DNA of 64,000 nt from positions 38,192,001-38,256,000 of the forward strand of contig NW_025964001.1 in the NCBI RefSeq assembly GCF_023055435.1, in the 5' to 3' direction. Position numbers and translations under genes: made by a program. Shown here in pieces: positions 50,707 through 62,811 of this stretch; position 1 is the stretch's first letter; each line of letters starts with the position of its first letter. Source of the DNA: Haliotis rufescens. Lineage: Eukaryota. Below the pieces are notes generated by a model. It had not been told where the DNA came from, did not search any database, and saw only the letters and a list, made by a program, of their open reading frames with translations.

Positions 50707-50786
50707 CCCGAGGCAAGAGAGTTAACTGACTTTAAAAGGAAACTGGACTTTTATAGTCAGTTAACGCACTTGCCTCGGGAAGATGG
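50707..50786. mobile_element. ~90-bp palindromic MITE (copy 2, opposite orientation)
   Basis: cccgaggcaagagagttaactgac...gtcagttaacgcacttgcctcgggaagatgg; spacer is the reverse complement of the copy 1 spacer. Confidence 0.75.
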
Positions 50787-51903
50787 GGTGGGTTCGACTA
50801 GGCAGCGCTTCCTGGGAGAAGTCTCATTCCTTGTCTGGGCTGCGTGTAGAGGGGGCAAGGGCCCTGAGCTGAGCAAACTCTCTTTGCGGCATTGTTTATT
50901 TTAATCTGAACATAACAACACATACAAATGTGAATACCGAACAGCGTTTTATCAAAGAACTTTAAAGATCACTAAGAGTTAGTTGTGCACCTACTTGATC
51001 TAGTTCCCTATCATTTCAAATCAAGCTGATAATTACTCCAGTAAAGGTTGGTCTAACTGAGTAATTGTGTTACTTATGTATACAACTTTATATTATGATA
51101 AAAAACAACTTTCTAATTGAATTTGTTTGTCAACCGATGCTTTCAAGGGGAAATAACTGCGATTGACGTTAAATCAAAAACAGAAGAAAGTGCTTTTGCT
51201 GTTCGATTACATGAATATAGATGAGAATCAATCAATACCTCGTATTGAAATGTTTACTCAAAGTGCATAATATATGGTGCGCGGCCGTGCTTGGTTAACC
51301 AGCGGTTGCTTGGTGACTGCAAGTCATCTGTATGGAAACGGCCTTGGGTATAATTATACACTGGATCCATTGACCAGATATAATGCGTGTTGTTATATAT
51401 ATGTGGTAAGGGCGATCGGCTGTGTATCAACAGCCCATACTCGGCTTAACTACTATCGCTTACAAAATGATGCTCTGCATGTTATTGTCCGAATGTATTA
51501 TTTCCTGTCTCGGTCTGTGTGGTATATAGATTTGGTTGATTGCCGTTGTATGCACAAAACTCATGATCGTGTAAATATCTGATGATATCGACCCTGTGAT
51601 GAGGCCACGGTAGGTGATACAATTGTTTAACGAAGCGTGACATACAATTAATCAACTAACACGCACGCACACACGCACACACGCACGCACGCACGCACGC
51701 ACGCATACTCACATTCAACTATTATAAACAGAGAGAATGAGTGGCTGGTCATTTGGGTCAAGTCTGGATTTGGCACACCGGCTGTCGATTGGTTGATCCA
51801 TGCCATCGATAGCACACAGCTAGTCTGACCAAAGATGAAAACCTCTCGCTGTCAATTTAGTTCGCTCGCACAAGTGAGGGTCTATTTCTTTCTGACCCGA
51901 GGT

Positions 51904-51991
51904 CACCTTCCAGAGGCAAGGGAGTTAACTGACTCTAAAAGACCAGTTTCTACATTTTTACAGTCAGTTAACTCCCTTGTATCGGGAAGAT
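51904..51991. mobile_element. ~90-bp palindromic MITE (copy 3)
   Basis: cttccagaggcaagggagttaactgac...gtcagttaactcccttgtatcgggaagat; acccgaggt on both flanks. Confidence 0.75.
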
Positions 51992-52188
51992 ATACCCGAG
52001 GTGTGCATGTCAGCCTAAAGCGTTCCGACTCCGACTGTGATTCAGCGATCCAAAGAGCAAAGTCCTACCTACGTTCATAAATACCAACGGTGTGGGATAA
52101 GCTACACAACTGTAACTCGAACTCTCGATCTAATGTTTAAGACGATGTCACGTTGTGATCCCTGAAGGATATTGGCTAGCACGTATCG

Positions 52189-52321
52189 NNNNNNNNNNNN
52201 NNNNNNNNNNNNNNNNNNNNNNNNNNNNNNNNNNNNNNNNNNNNNNNNNNNNNNNNNNNNNNNNNNNNNNNNNNNNNNNNNNNNNNNNNNNNNNNNNNNN
52301 NNNNNNNNNNNNNNNNNNNNN
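52189..52321. other. Assembly gap (133 N) in intron 1 of gene B
   Basis: Run of N. Confidence 1.
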
Positions 52322-54618
52322 GCTTTTCCCGTGCTATAAATCATGCCCAAAGCGCACAATTATTACCCCGGGCGATGGGGAAGCCTAGTGGGTAAAGCGT
52401 GCGTTCGTCACGCCGAAGGCACGCGTTCGATTCAATGTGTGAAGCCCATTTCTGATGCCCTCTGCCGTCGTGTTGCTGGAAATGTTGCTAAAAGTGGCGT
52501 AAAACCATACCCCCACACTCACAGTCAATGGATACACTCGAATTTTATTCTCGACTCCCTTGGGAGTGTACAACCCAAGCCGCTAAGTTTACCAGACAAA
52601 TTACGAATTCATCCTGCCGTGTACATATTCGCGACTGGGCGAACAGAGGTATTTTCCGAACAAAGTCAGTTGCCTGAGAAAACACCATATATAACATGTG
52701 CATCAGTGTGGGTCAGGACCGAAGCCCAAGAAACTCGAACATGTTTACCCATCGGCCCACTCCCCGTGACCAACGTTGCCTGATTTGTCACCTGTGGACC
52801 ACGTATATCGATGCCCAATGATCTGACGGGATTCAAATTAACAAAAATTCACTTTATAAATACCGAAAACTGTTTTCTTAATATACGTTTTCTAGAAGAA
52901 TCGTGTCTGTGATCAGATAAGAACAGCGAGTCTTGGTCGGCGGAGGGATGGCCCAGTGGATAAAGCGTTCGTCCAAGCACTAAGTATGATTTCCCAATAT
53001 GGTGACAATCCATGAAATCCATTTCTGGTTGCCTTCTTGAAGTTTTGGACTATAGCTTAACCTTTGCGTAAGCCCCAACATACTCACTCGAAGTCCCGGA
53101 GAACTTTGAAATTGCATTGAATTATCTATAGTGCAGTTAATGACTCTACGGGACTATACATCGACTTAATGAGATATCAGGTTACATGAATCGAGTTGAA
53201 GAGAATACAGTTTATGTAAAGTGTAGTTTACGAATATTGCAACAGTTTTATTGAACTAAATGTAAATCTCGCTGTCCGTTCCACGTTTGATTGCAAACAT
53301 GCCATACAATACATTGATGGAGTAGCACCATATTGTCAGCTACTAGTAGCTGTACTTAGTTGCAGCTAGTAGTCAGTAGCTCATTACTACTATCACTGCC
53401 GGGACTATGTGGCGACGACACGCGACGACACGTTCGCTAACTCTCCCAATGACCACTGTAGTATTTTCAGTCCATTTCTAAATCTATGATTCACTATAAA
53501 TAATAATATATTTTAAGAAAACACGTTTCATCACTACCTTAATAACGTAACCAAAACACATACATTATTTTATCAAAATAAAATTCGATTCGGCGTAAAA
53601 GGCAAAGTAGCCGTGGAAATTAAATGACGGGATCAGTGGAAATCAAATGACCCCAGGGAGTATCCGCGAAAGCGGTAGCATGCCCTGTCCCACCGGTAGC
53701 ACCTCCACTTACAGAAAAGTAAGGATTCAAAACAACCGCTTTGGGGAATACGATGATTTCGTTTTGGATCTGAAATTCTAATTCAAATTTCTTCAGAAGC
53801 AGTTCCAGGGTGTACGGAACCAACAAGGATGACTTCGCATCATTACAATGTACATCTACATCCTCGTCTGGTGCCCATTGCGCTTAGTACTTAATAAGCA
53901 TATGGACCAGCGGATTATAATGAGAAACGAATGGGGGGAGCGACCGCAGTCGTATCTACCATATATTGACTATATGTCGTAGTGATATGTTAAACACTCA
54001 TTGAATACCCCCTAAGGAATGACAGAAGGCGTTTAGAGAATCGAATGCTAGCTTAGTAATGACGAAAACCATATCCCTTAAACTGTTTGTGATTCTGAAT
54101 GGAATGCAGTATTAATATCTTAGCTATACGAATTAGCGATAATATGCCTGTTTAAGCAACATGACAAAGGCAATTTGTACTAATTACGCATAATGTATCA
54201 ACGGGAGGCAATACATTCCGTAGTCAAGGACCAAGTGTTCGTCATATCATATCGCTGGAACCAAAGTATTCAGGCGTGGACCGTTTGGAAGTAATTAGGG
54301 CTGACTTAAGTATGTCTGTAATTATAAGCTATTTTCTCAATTGACTCATGAGTTCAAATTGCAACTATTGAACTGAAAGGAATATGCAGCTGTACTAAAT
54401 AATCTCAAACCTCTAAAACGATGTATACCCTGTTTTGTATCAGTGTTAAAACAACTTTGTCAAAATGTAAAATGCGAAAAAATGTTTCAAGTTGATATTT
54501 TAACATTGCAATTGAACTTTTAACATCAAAGTATGAAAAGATAAATTGTTAAACGAAAAAGTAGGATAAATATGGATGAAAGTTATGATGTAGATTTTAG
54601 ATCGAAAAGCCAACTCAC

Positions 54619-54621
54619 CAT
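54619..54621 (-). CDS. Calmodulin-like gene B exon 1 (start ATG)
   Basis: Minus strand reads agcaacATG|gtgagt; GC-richer 5'UTR-like sequence upstream (54622-54720). Confidence 0.7.
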
Positions 54622-56419
54622 GTTGCTTGAGTTGTGCGCGCGGCGTGCAGTAGGGTGACTGAAGCTAGACTGGTTGAATTCTGCTCACACCGACACTGAC
54701 GCGCCTCTCAGCAATACACATCCATTATGGATGCTCGGTGTCAATACATCGCCGCAATGCGACATGCGCAGTAGAGAATTAATTGCTCCTACTTTCATAG
54801 AGGGTGGAAACCTAAATGGTTTATGTTATTTCAATGCAAGAGAATTGGAGTCATATTTCTCATATTGATTATTTGGATGTTCTCGTATTCATTTTGCTGT
54901 AACATTTTAATGGTAACATTGACGTAATAGTAGGATGTATCGCGGGGCACCTATTGAATTAAGTGTATTAAAAAAATCAAACAAACGCTTCGTTACAGTG
55001 CTGAAAATGTATAGTGTTTGACATAAATCAATAGGGGTCTTCTGATAACATTCCCCATAACTTGTGGTAGATAAAAATTGACGAAGAAAAAAACGGATGA
55101 ATGATTCAGCTTCTCTGAGCTAAATGGCGCTCTAATATACAATGGAATATTCAGGAGCCATAAATGATCCCATCTAATGCTATTGTTCTTTTGACATTCA
55201 TGTGCAGGCGAATATACAAACATTATCACAATGGCACTCATCTCTACAACTGAATATGATATTTTCAGAATGAAGTCAAATATCTGTATTTAGCAAATGA
55301 ACAATTGTACATTGTACGCCTCATTTTATCCCGATATCAAACATAGCGGCACTGATACTAGACCCTCGGCGCGTCACTTCTTACTTCTCAAACAACAAAC
55401 TGCATTGTAGCGTAAAACAATACAAGGCATGAAATAAACTCGTTAATGGAAAAAGATAGTTGAATTTGTTTTCTCATTGTTTGTCGAAACAGGGTATGTA
55501 GAAATCGATACTGTCCCGCCCTCTGGCTGTCTTGCTTGGTCTTGTCAAACATGGTACATGATCCGCTGGGATGGGGATGATGGGTCCGACCAAACTGTTC
55601 GGTTCAGATGCTGCTGCGTTATCTTGTTACCAGCAAACGACTTCAACCAATGCCGTGCTTGTAACTAACGTACGAGTTATAACTTGTAAGTGTGATATGA
55701 ACTTTGTAAGTTGAAGCTTCTTTAATGGCCATGAATGTTTCAGTAATGATGGGTAGACACGACGGATGAAGGAGATGAGGAGATGCACCAGCCACGCGAT
55801 CAATACAGTTTACAGTACACTTGAGTATTTGAGGTAGCGAGGGAGGACGCCTGCTAGGCATAAGTGTCTGAACGAGAGCTTCAACATCATTGCGTATTAT
55901 ATACTGTGTAAATGAAGCGTATTAAACTACAGGCATGGGAATGCAGGACACACGCGGGCCGAACAGTCATAGGTCCTGGGTTCAGATACGTACACCGCCT
56001 CAGTTTAGAGTTATCTCCCCCTGCAGTCATAATCCCATCTATGTCAAGTTATGCAAGTCAGGGGAGGATGAAAGGTTGCAGGCTGGAATGATCGTTTGCA
56101 AGCGTATATAGGTAAATCATATGCAAACCAATTAATTTGGAAATTCTATTTTTCTGACTGAGTGATTCAGCCTCCGTTATATTCTCATCACAATTGAAAT
56201 ATGTAATTGTAATTATACCACTTTAAAGAGTTGTGAGATAAAGAGAGACATATGAATATCATGTTATCATGTGTGATACGTTTACATAGATAAAGGCTTT
56301 GTCTCAATATATGATGTTCGTTGTTGGTAAAGCCGGCAAGTAGTTTTGTTGGGAGAATACCGATTCATGTTTATGATTCAGTTAAGTGATTGTGTAAGTT
56401 TCCGATTAAGTCATGTTTA

Positions 56420-59400
56420 TAGTCCACTAAAGTCACAGTGTTGGTCCAGTAAGTCATGGTGTTGGTCCACTTAAGTCACAGTGTTGGTCCAGTAAGTCAC
56501 GGTGTTGGTCTAGTAAGTCATGGTGTTGGTCTAGTAAGTCATGGTGTTGGGTGTTTGTCCAGTAAGTCACGGTGTTGGTCCACTAAAGTCACAGTGTTGG
56601 TCCAGTAAGTCATGGTGTTGGGTGTTTGTCCAGTAAGTCGTGGTGTTGGTCCACTAAAGTCACAGGATGGGTCCAGTAAGTCATGGTGTTGGTCCACTAA
56701 AGTCACAGTATGGGTCCAGTAAGTCATGGTGTTGGTCCAGTAAGTCATGGTGTTGGTCCACTAAAGTCACAGTGTTGGTCCAGTAAGTCACGGTGTTGAT
56801 CCAGTAAGTCATGGTGTTGCTCTAGTGAGTCATGGTATTGGTCCAGTAAGTCATGGTGTTGGTCCAGTGAGTCGTGATATTGGTCCAGTAAGTCACAGTG
56901 TTGGTCCAGTAAGTCACGGTGTTGGTCCAGTAAGTCATGGTATTAATCCAGTAAGTCACGGTGTTGGTCTAGTAAGTCATGGTGTTGGTCCAGTAAGTCA
57001 TGGTGTTGGTCCAGTTAGTCACGGTGTTGGTCTAGTAAGTCATGGTGTTGGTCCAGTAAGTCGTGGTGTTGGTCCAGTAAGTCACGGTGTTGGTCTAGTA
57101 AGTCGTGGTGTTGGTCCACTAAAGTCATAGTGTTGGTCCAGTAAGTCATGGTGTTGGTCCACTAAAATCACAGTGTTGGTCCAGTAAGTCACGGTGTTGG
57201 TCCAGTAAGTCATGGTGTTGGTCTAGTAAGTCGTGGTGTTTGTCCAGTAAGTCATGATGTTGGTCCATTAAGTCACGGTGTTGGTCTAGTAAGTCATGGT
57301 GTTGGTCCAGTAAGTCATGGTGTTGGTCTAGTAAGTCATGGTATTGGTCCATTAAGTCATGGTGTTGGTCCAGTGAGTCGTGGTATTGGTCCAGTAAGTC
57401 ATGGTGTTGGTCCAGCAAGTCACAGTGTTGGTCCAGTGAGTCGTGGTATTGGTCCAGTAAGTCATGGTGTTTGTCCAGTAAGTCACGGTGTTGGTCTAGT
57501 AAGTCATGGTGTTGGTCCAGTAAGTCACGGTGTTGGTCTAGTAAGTCATGGTGTTGGTCCAGTAAGTCGTGGTGTTGGTCCAGTAAGTCACGGTGTTGGT
57601 CTAGCAAGTCGTGGTGTTGGTCCACTAAAGTCAAATTGTTGGTCCAGGAAGTCATGGTGTTGGTCCACTAAAGTCACAGTGTTGGTCCAGTAAGTCGTGG
57701 TGTTGGTCCAGTTAGTCGTGGTGTTGGTCTAGTAACTCATGGTGTTGGTCCAGTGAGTCGTGGTATTGGTCCAGTAAGTCATGGTGTTGGTCTAGTAAGT
57801 CACGGTGTTGGTCCAGTGAGTCGTGGTATTGGTCCAGTGAGTCATGGTGTTGGTCCAGTAAGTCACGGTGTTGGTCCAGTGAGTCGTGGTATTGGTCCAG
57901 TGAGTCGTGGTATTGGTCCAGTAAGTCATGGTGTTGGTCCAGTAAGTCACGGTGTTGGTCCAGTGAGTCGTGGTGTTGGTCCAGTAAGTCACGGTGTTGG
58001 TCTAGTAAGTCATGGTGTTGGTCCAGTAAGTCACGGTGTTGGTCTAGTAAGTCGTGGTGTTGGTCCACTTAAGTCATAGTGTTGGTCCAGTAAGTCATGG
58101 TGTTGGTCCAGTAAGTCACGGTGTTGGTCTAGTAGGTCGTGGTGTTGGTCCACTAAAGTCACAGTGTTGGTCCAGTAAGTCGTGGTGTTGGTCTAGTAAG
58201 TCATGGTGTTGGTCGTTGGTCAAGTAAGTCATGGTGTTGGTCCAGTAAGTCATGGTGTTTGTCCAGTAAGTCACGGTGTTGGTCCAGTAAGTCATGGTGT
58301 TGGTCCAGTAAGTCACGGTGTTGGTCTAGTAAGTCATGGTGTTGGTCCAGTAAGTCGTGGTGTTGGTCCAGTAAGTCACGGTGTTGGTCTAGTAAGTCGT
58401 GGTGTTGGTCCACTAAAGTCATAGTGTTGGTCCAGTAAGTCATGGTGTTGGTCCAGTAAGTCACGGTGTTGGTCTAGTAAGTCGTGGTGTTGGTCCACTA
58501 AAGTCACAGTGTTGGTCCAGTAAGTCGTGGTGTTGGTCTAGTAAGTCATGGTGTTGGTCGTTGGTCAAGTAAGTCATAGTGTAGGTCCAGTAAGTCATCG
58601 TGTTTGTCCAGTAAGTCACGGTGTTGGTCCAGTAAGTCATGGTGTTCGTCCATTGAGTCGTGGTATTGGTCCAGTAAGTCATGGTGTTGGTCCAGTAAGT
58701 CACGGTGTTGGTCCAGTAAGTCGTGGTGTTGGTCCAGTAAGTCATGGTGTTGGTCTAGTAAGTCGTGGTGTTGGTCCACTTAAGTCACAGTGTTGGTCCA
58801 GTAAGTCGTGGTGTTGGTCCAGTAAGTCGTGGTGTTGGTCTAGTAAGTCATGGTGTTGGTCGTTGGTCAAGTAAGTCATGGTGTTGGTCCAGTAAGTCGT
58901 GGTGTTGGTCCAGTAAGTAATGGTGTTGGTCCAGCAAATAATGGTGTTGGTCCAGGAAGTCACAGTGTTGGTCGTTGGTCAAGTAAGTCATGGTGTTGGT
59001 CCAGTAAGTCATGGTGTTGGTCCAGTAAATCACGGTGTTGGTCGTTGGTCAAGTAAGTCATGGTGTTGGTCCAGTAAGTCAAGGTGTTGGTCGTTGGTCA
59101 AGTAAGTCATGGTGTTGGTGCAGTAAGTCACGGTGTTGGTCGTTGGTCAAATAAGTCATGGTGTTTGTCCAGTTAGTCATGATTTTGGTCCAGTAAGTCG
59201 TGGTGTTGGTCAAGTAAGTCACGGTGTTGGGTGTTGGTCAAGTAAGTCATGGTGTTGGTCAAGTAAGTATTGGTGTTGATACAGTTAGTCATGGTGTTGG
59301 TCCAGTTAGTCATGGTGTTGGTCCAGTAAGTCACGGTGTTGGGTGTTGGTCCAGTAAGTCATGGTGTTGGTCGAGTAAGTCATGGTGTTAGTCCAGTTAG

Positions 59401-59750
59401 TCATGGTGTTGGTCCACTAAGTCATGGTGTTGGTCCAGTAAGTCATGGTGTTAGTCCAGTAAGTCATGGTGTTGGTCCAGTAAGTAATGGTGTTGGGTGT
59501 TGGTCCAGTAAGTCACGGTGTTGGGTGTTGGTCCAGTAAGTCATGGTGTTGGTCGAGTAAGTCATGGTGTTGGGTGTTGGTCCAGTTAGTCATGGTGTTG
59601 GTCGAGTAAGTCATGGTGTTAGTCCAGTTAGTCATGGTGTTGGTCCAGTAAGTCATGGTGTTGGTCCAGTAAGTCATGGTGTTAGTCCAGTTAGTCATGG
59701 TGTTGGTCCAGTAAGTCACAGTGTTGGTCCAGTAAGTCATGTTGTTGGTC
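56420..59750. repeat. 21-bp satellite (~150 copies) with 22- and 28-bp variants
   Basis: Consensus ccagtaagtcatggtgttggt; variant ccactaaagtcacagtgttggt; explains all the DQHHDLL / PVSHGVG / TNTMTYW ORFs. Confidence 0.97.
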
Positions 59751-62040
59751 ATGTCACCATTTTGTTCTTTCTTTTCGTCGTCTTAGTGCGTGAATGGTTT
59801 TACACCGCTTTCAGCAATATTTCAGCAATATCACGATGGGGGACACCAGAAACGAAACGAACGAATGTCCCTCTCGTCGTCTTCTCTCTGAAATACTCTA
59901 ACTGTTGCTAACCAAAGCTCACTGTAGACGGTAGTGAGTGGGATAAGTGTTGTTTTAAGGCGCAGCCACCGATGTTTCAGCCATATCACCCTCGGAGCCC
60001 GATGAAGCACTATCAGACATGTTTCTCACATCCGGTATGTAGTGTAGACACTGACGTGAAGTCGTGCCAAAGAATTGACACATTGCAGCCCCGGAATGCC
60101 TACATGTGATGATAACTAGCTGTGAGGAATACATTATTGCAGTAGCCTGGCACAATGGATTCCACTGGATTGTCTGGTCCATACTCGATTATTTACAGAC
60201 CGCCGTCATACAGCTGGATTATTGCTTAAACAACAACAAACAACAACTACAAAAGATCCAACTACACCAACTTATAATCAGTTGTTCGGGCAGCCCCTTT
60301 CGGAAAGTAGACAGTGGACATTCGTCACCACTCGCCTCTTTCCGTAACCTGCAAGAAGACTCGTACCCCTATCGATGAATGTTATGTGCGAAAATACGAC
60401 AAACCCATCAGAATGCGCGTATGATTTCAAGTTCATCGTCAAAGAATCCCTCAGAAACAATTTTTGATTTTACATATGTCTTGCATCTAAAAATATACCC
60501 AAGACACAGTTAAAAGTGTTCAATCATACTGTATAATTCCGCATGTCGCGATGTGCTTTAAATTGCATCAGAAATATATATAATATATAGGGAAATATAT
60601 GTAAACCATAACGCAGCGAGTCAACAATTGAAGATGTTTTTTAAATATGCACCCACTCAGAAATTATAATTGGCCATTTAGTTTCAATAAAAAGAACTGT
60701 CATTTTTCAAAATGACAACTGATGCTGAACGTAACCACGAATATTTTCAAGCAGGTGATATTTGGTGCGGAACGTGGGATGGCGTGTTTAGTTTCATGTT
60801 CCCAGCAGCTGCAAGAACGTGTTGTGCGTATTTTTTTATGTAATTGATGTTGAATTCCTAGTAATTAAAACATTTACCATAAAAATCTATTGGAAAAAAA
60901 TTGGTTTTGTGCAACCTGTTGTATTCATATTTCTAATGCCTGAATGATCAGCTGATACCCGACACACGTGTCGGGCCCATTTCGTCTTATACAACAAGAT
61001 CGCAACACCCAATTCGTTAACACAGACATTTAATACTAAACCCTTTTGTTGACTCGGGCCCGCTAGGTTCAATGTGATCCATACATTTCTGGTGTACGAA
61101 TGTTCACAATCATCAATATGAAACTACACGTGCATCGCGTCGATAGTGTCGAGGGACATATGTTACCGTCGTAAGGAGGGGGGCGTGACGAGGCCGAGGA
61201 TGTAACGTATAATCGAAGTATCGATGCATCGCAATTGTCCATGGCCCGATCGCATTCAACTGGAAACATTATTGCGTTACACTATCGATAGTAACGATAG
61301 ACGTCATAAATAAAAACGCGTTTAATGATTTCGTTACCTTTGACCCAAAATACACACAATTTACAGAGACACACGGGTATTTGTAAATATTGTTATGTCA
61401 AAAATAAGTATCTCCCCCCCCCCCCACACACACACACACCCCCACCCCATCCCCAAGAATTCTTGTGAATTGTTGAGTTTTGTAAGGCCATGACGCATAA
61501 CAAAAGGCCAACGTCGGTGTAAGAGGGGCGGGTGGGTTGCCTAGGGGTTTAAAAGGGTTAAAACGTTCACCGTCACGACGAAGCACCGAGTTCGATTCCC
61601 CACATTGGTACAATGTGTGCAGCCCATATTTGTGTCCCACGCCGTCATATTTTGATGGAAAATTTCTAAAAACGACTTAAAACCATTTTCACTCACTCGG
61701 TGTAGGAAAGTAAGGTGATTATTACTATATTATCGGAAACGTGTTTATAACTATAAATAATTATGCACTTGCACTAATTATGATGCTCTCGATTGTCCCT
61801 GGTACGTGCCCTGTATATACCACGTTTCAATGGGAATATTCAAAACTTCTCATTATCGTCCTTTACTTATTTTTGAGTTAAATATTGTTTACTCACTCAC
61901 TCACCCCCACTCACTCACCCACCTATCCAACACCCCAATCTAATCCCACCTCCCTCCATTCCACTCACTCACTCGCTCATTCACTCCCACCCATCCATCC
62001 AACAACCCCAACTAAGCCCTTCCACTCACTCACTCATTCA

Positions 62041-62405
62041 GACCGCCTCCGTGGTCTTGTGGTAGAGCGTCCGCCCGGAGAGCGGAAGGTCCAGGTTCGA
62101 TCCCGGGCCGCGTCATACAAAAAGACGTTAAAATATTGTACTTGTTGTTACCCTGTCTGGCGCTCGGCATTAAGGGGCTAAAACAAGGACTGGTCGGCTC
62201 GGAGTCAGTATACTGTGTCTGAGTGGGGTATTCATGTTAAACTGCGGCATGGTATCTCAGTGAGCTAGCACTATAAATCGGCATCAGTCCGGACTAGTAC
62301 AAGCAGCCACGCACACACATACACATGCATGCACCTCGCTATATAAGTGCAATAATCTTGGACGCGACGTTAAACCCAATTTCACCTCACCTCACTCACT
62401 CATTC
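62041..62405 (+). mobile_element. SINE family D, full-length copy
   Basis: tRNA-like head gaccgcctccgtggtcttgtggtagagcgtccgcc...ggttcgatccc, body gtcatacaaaagacgttaaaatattgtacttgttgttaccctg, tail gacgttaaacccaatttcac. Partial copies at about 20527-20668(-), 37790-38020(-), 38541-38670(+) and 43255-43437(+). Confidence 0.88.
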
Positions 62406-62428
62406 ATCTATATAGTTTATGCATCTAT

Positions 62429-62811
62429 ATAGAGAATCTCACCCGAGTGTCTTTTGATAGCAAATATATCAACACGAGTTGATAAAAGTGGAAAAATTCC
62501 GAGGCTTGCCAAGGATTTTTGCCACTTTTATCAACAAGTGTTGATATATTTGATATCAAAAGACACGAGGTTGAGATTTTATTTATCATCCAACATCATT
62601 CTTCCAACTTTTTAATTAGCAGTGTCTTCAGTGTAAAAAGTACTGCTAACAGCTTCAGTAGCAGAGCCATTAGTGATGTCATTTGATTGTGACGTCACAA
62701 TGGTCTCCAAAGCATTGTGATGCAATTTCATTGCAGCGATATCTACACTGTAGATATCGCTTGATATCATCCAAGCGATATCTCCTGTGGGAGCCAGTTT
62801 TGGATGATAAA
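62429..62811. mobile_element. Unclassified non-autonomous element with the same hairpin-plus-IR architecture
   Basis: ~150-bp hairpin 62433-62582 (gtgtcttttgatagcaaatatatcaacacgagttgataaaagtgg...ccacttttatcaacaagtgttgatatatttgatatcaaaagacac); IR tttatcatccaa (62582) / ttggatgataaa (62800). Confidence 0.65.

Noticed and set aside
54719-54733. Palindrome catccattatggatg upstream of gene B as a CArG box
   Set aside because: Only five A/T bases lie between CC and GG, so it is not a consensus CArG; no other support.
56539-59911. Many ORFs (DQHHDLL, PVSHGVG, TNTMTYW repeats) suggesting a His-rich protein
   Set aside because: By-products of a 21-bp satellite; frequent 22- and 28-bp units shift frame, and there is no non-repetitive start or splice context.
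62041-62112. tRNA-like sequences (also 19372, 20600, 38541, 52372)
   Set aside because: They are SINE heads that continue into repeat bodies and microsatellite tails, without a complete acceptor stem.
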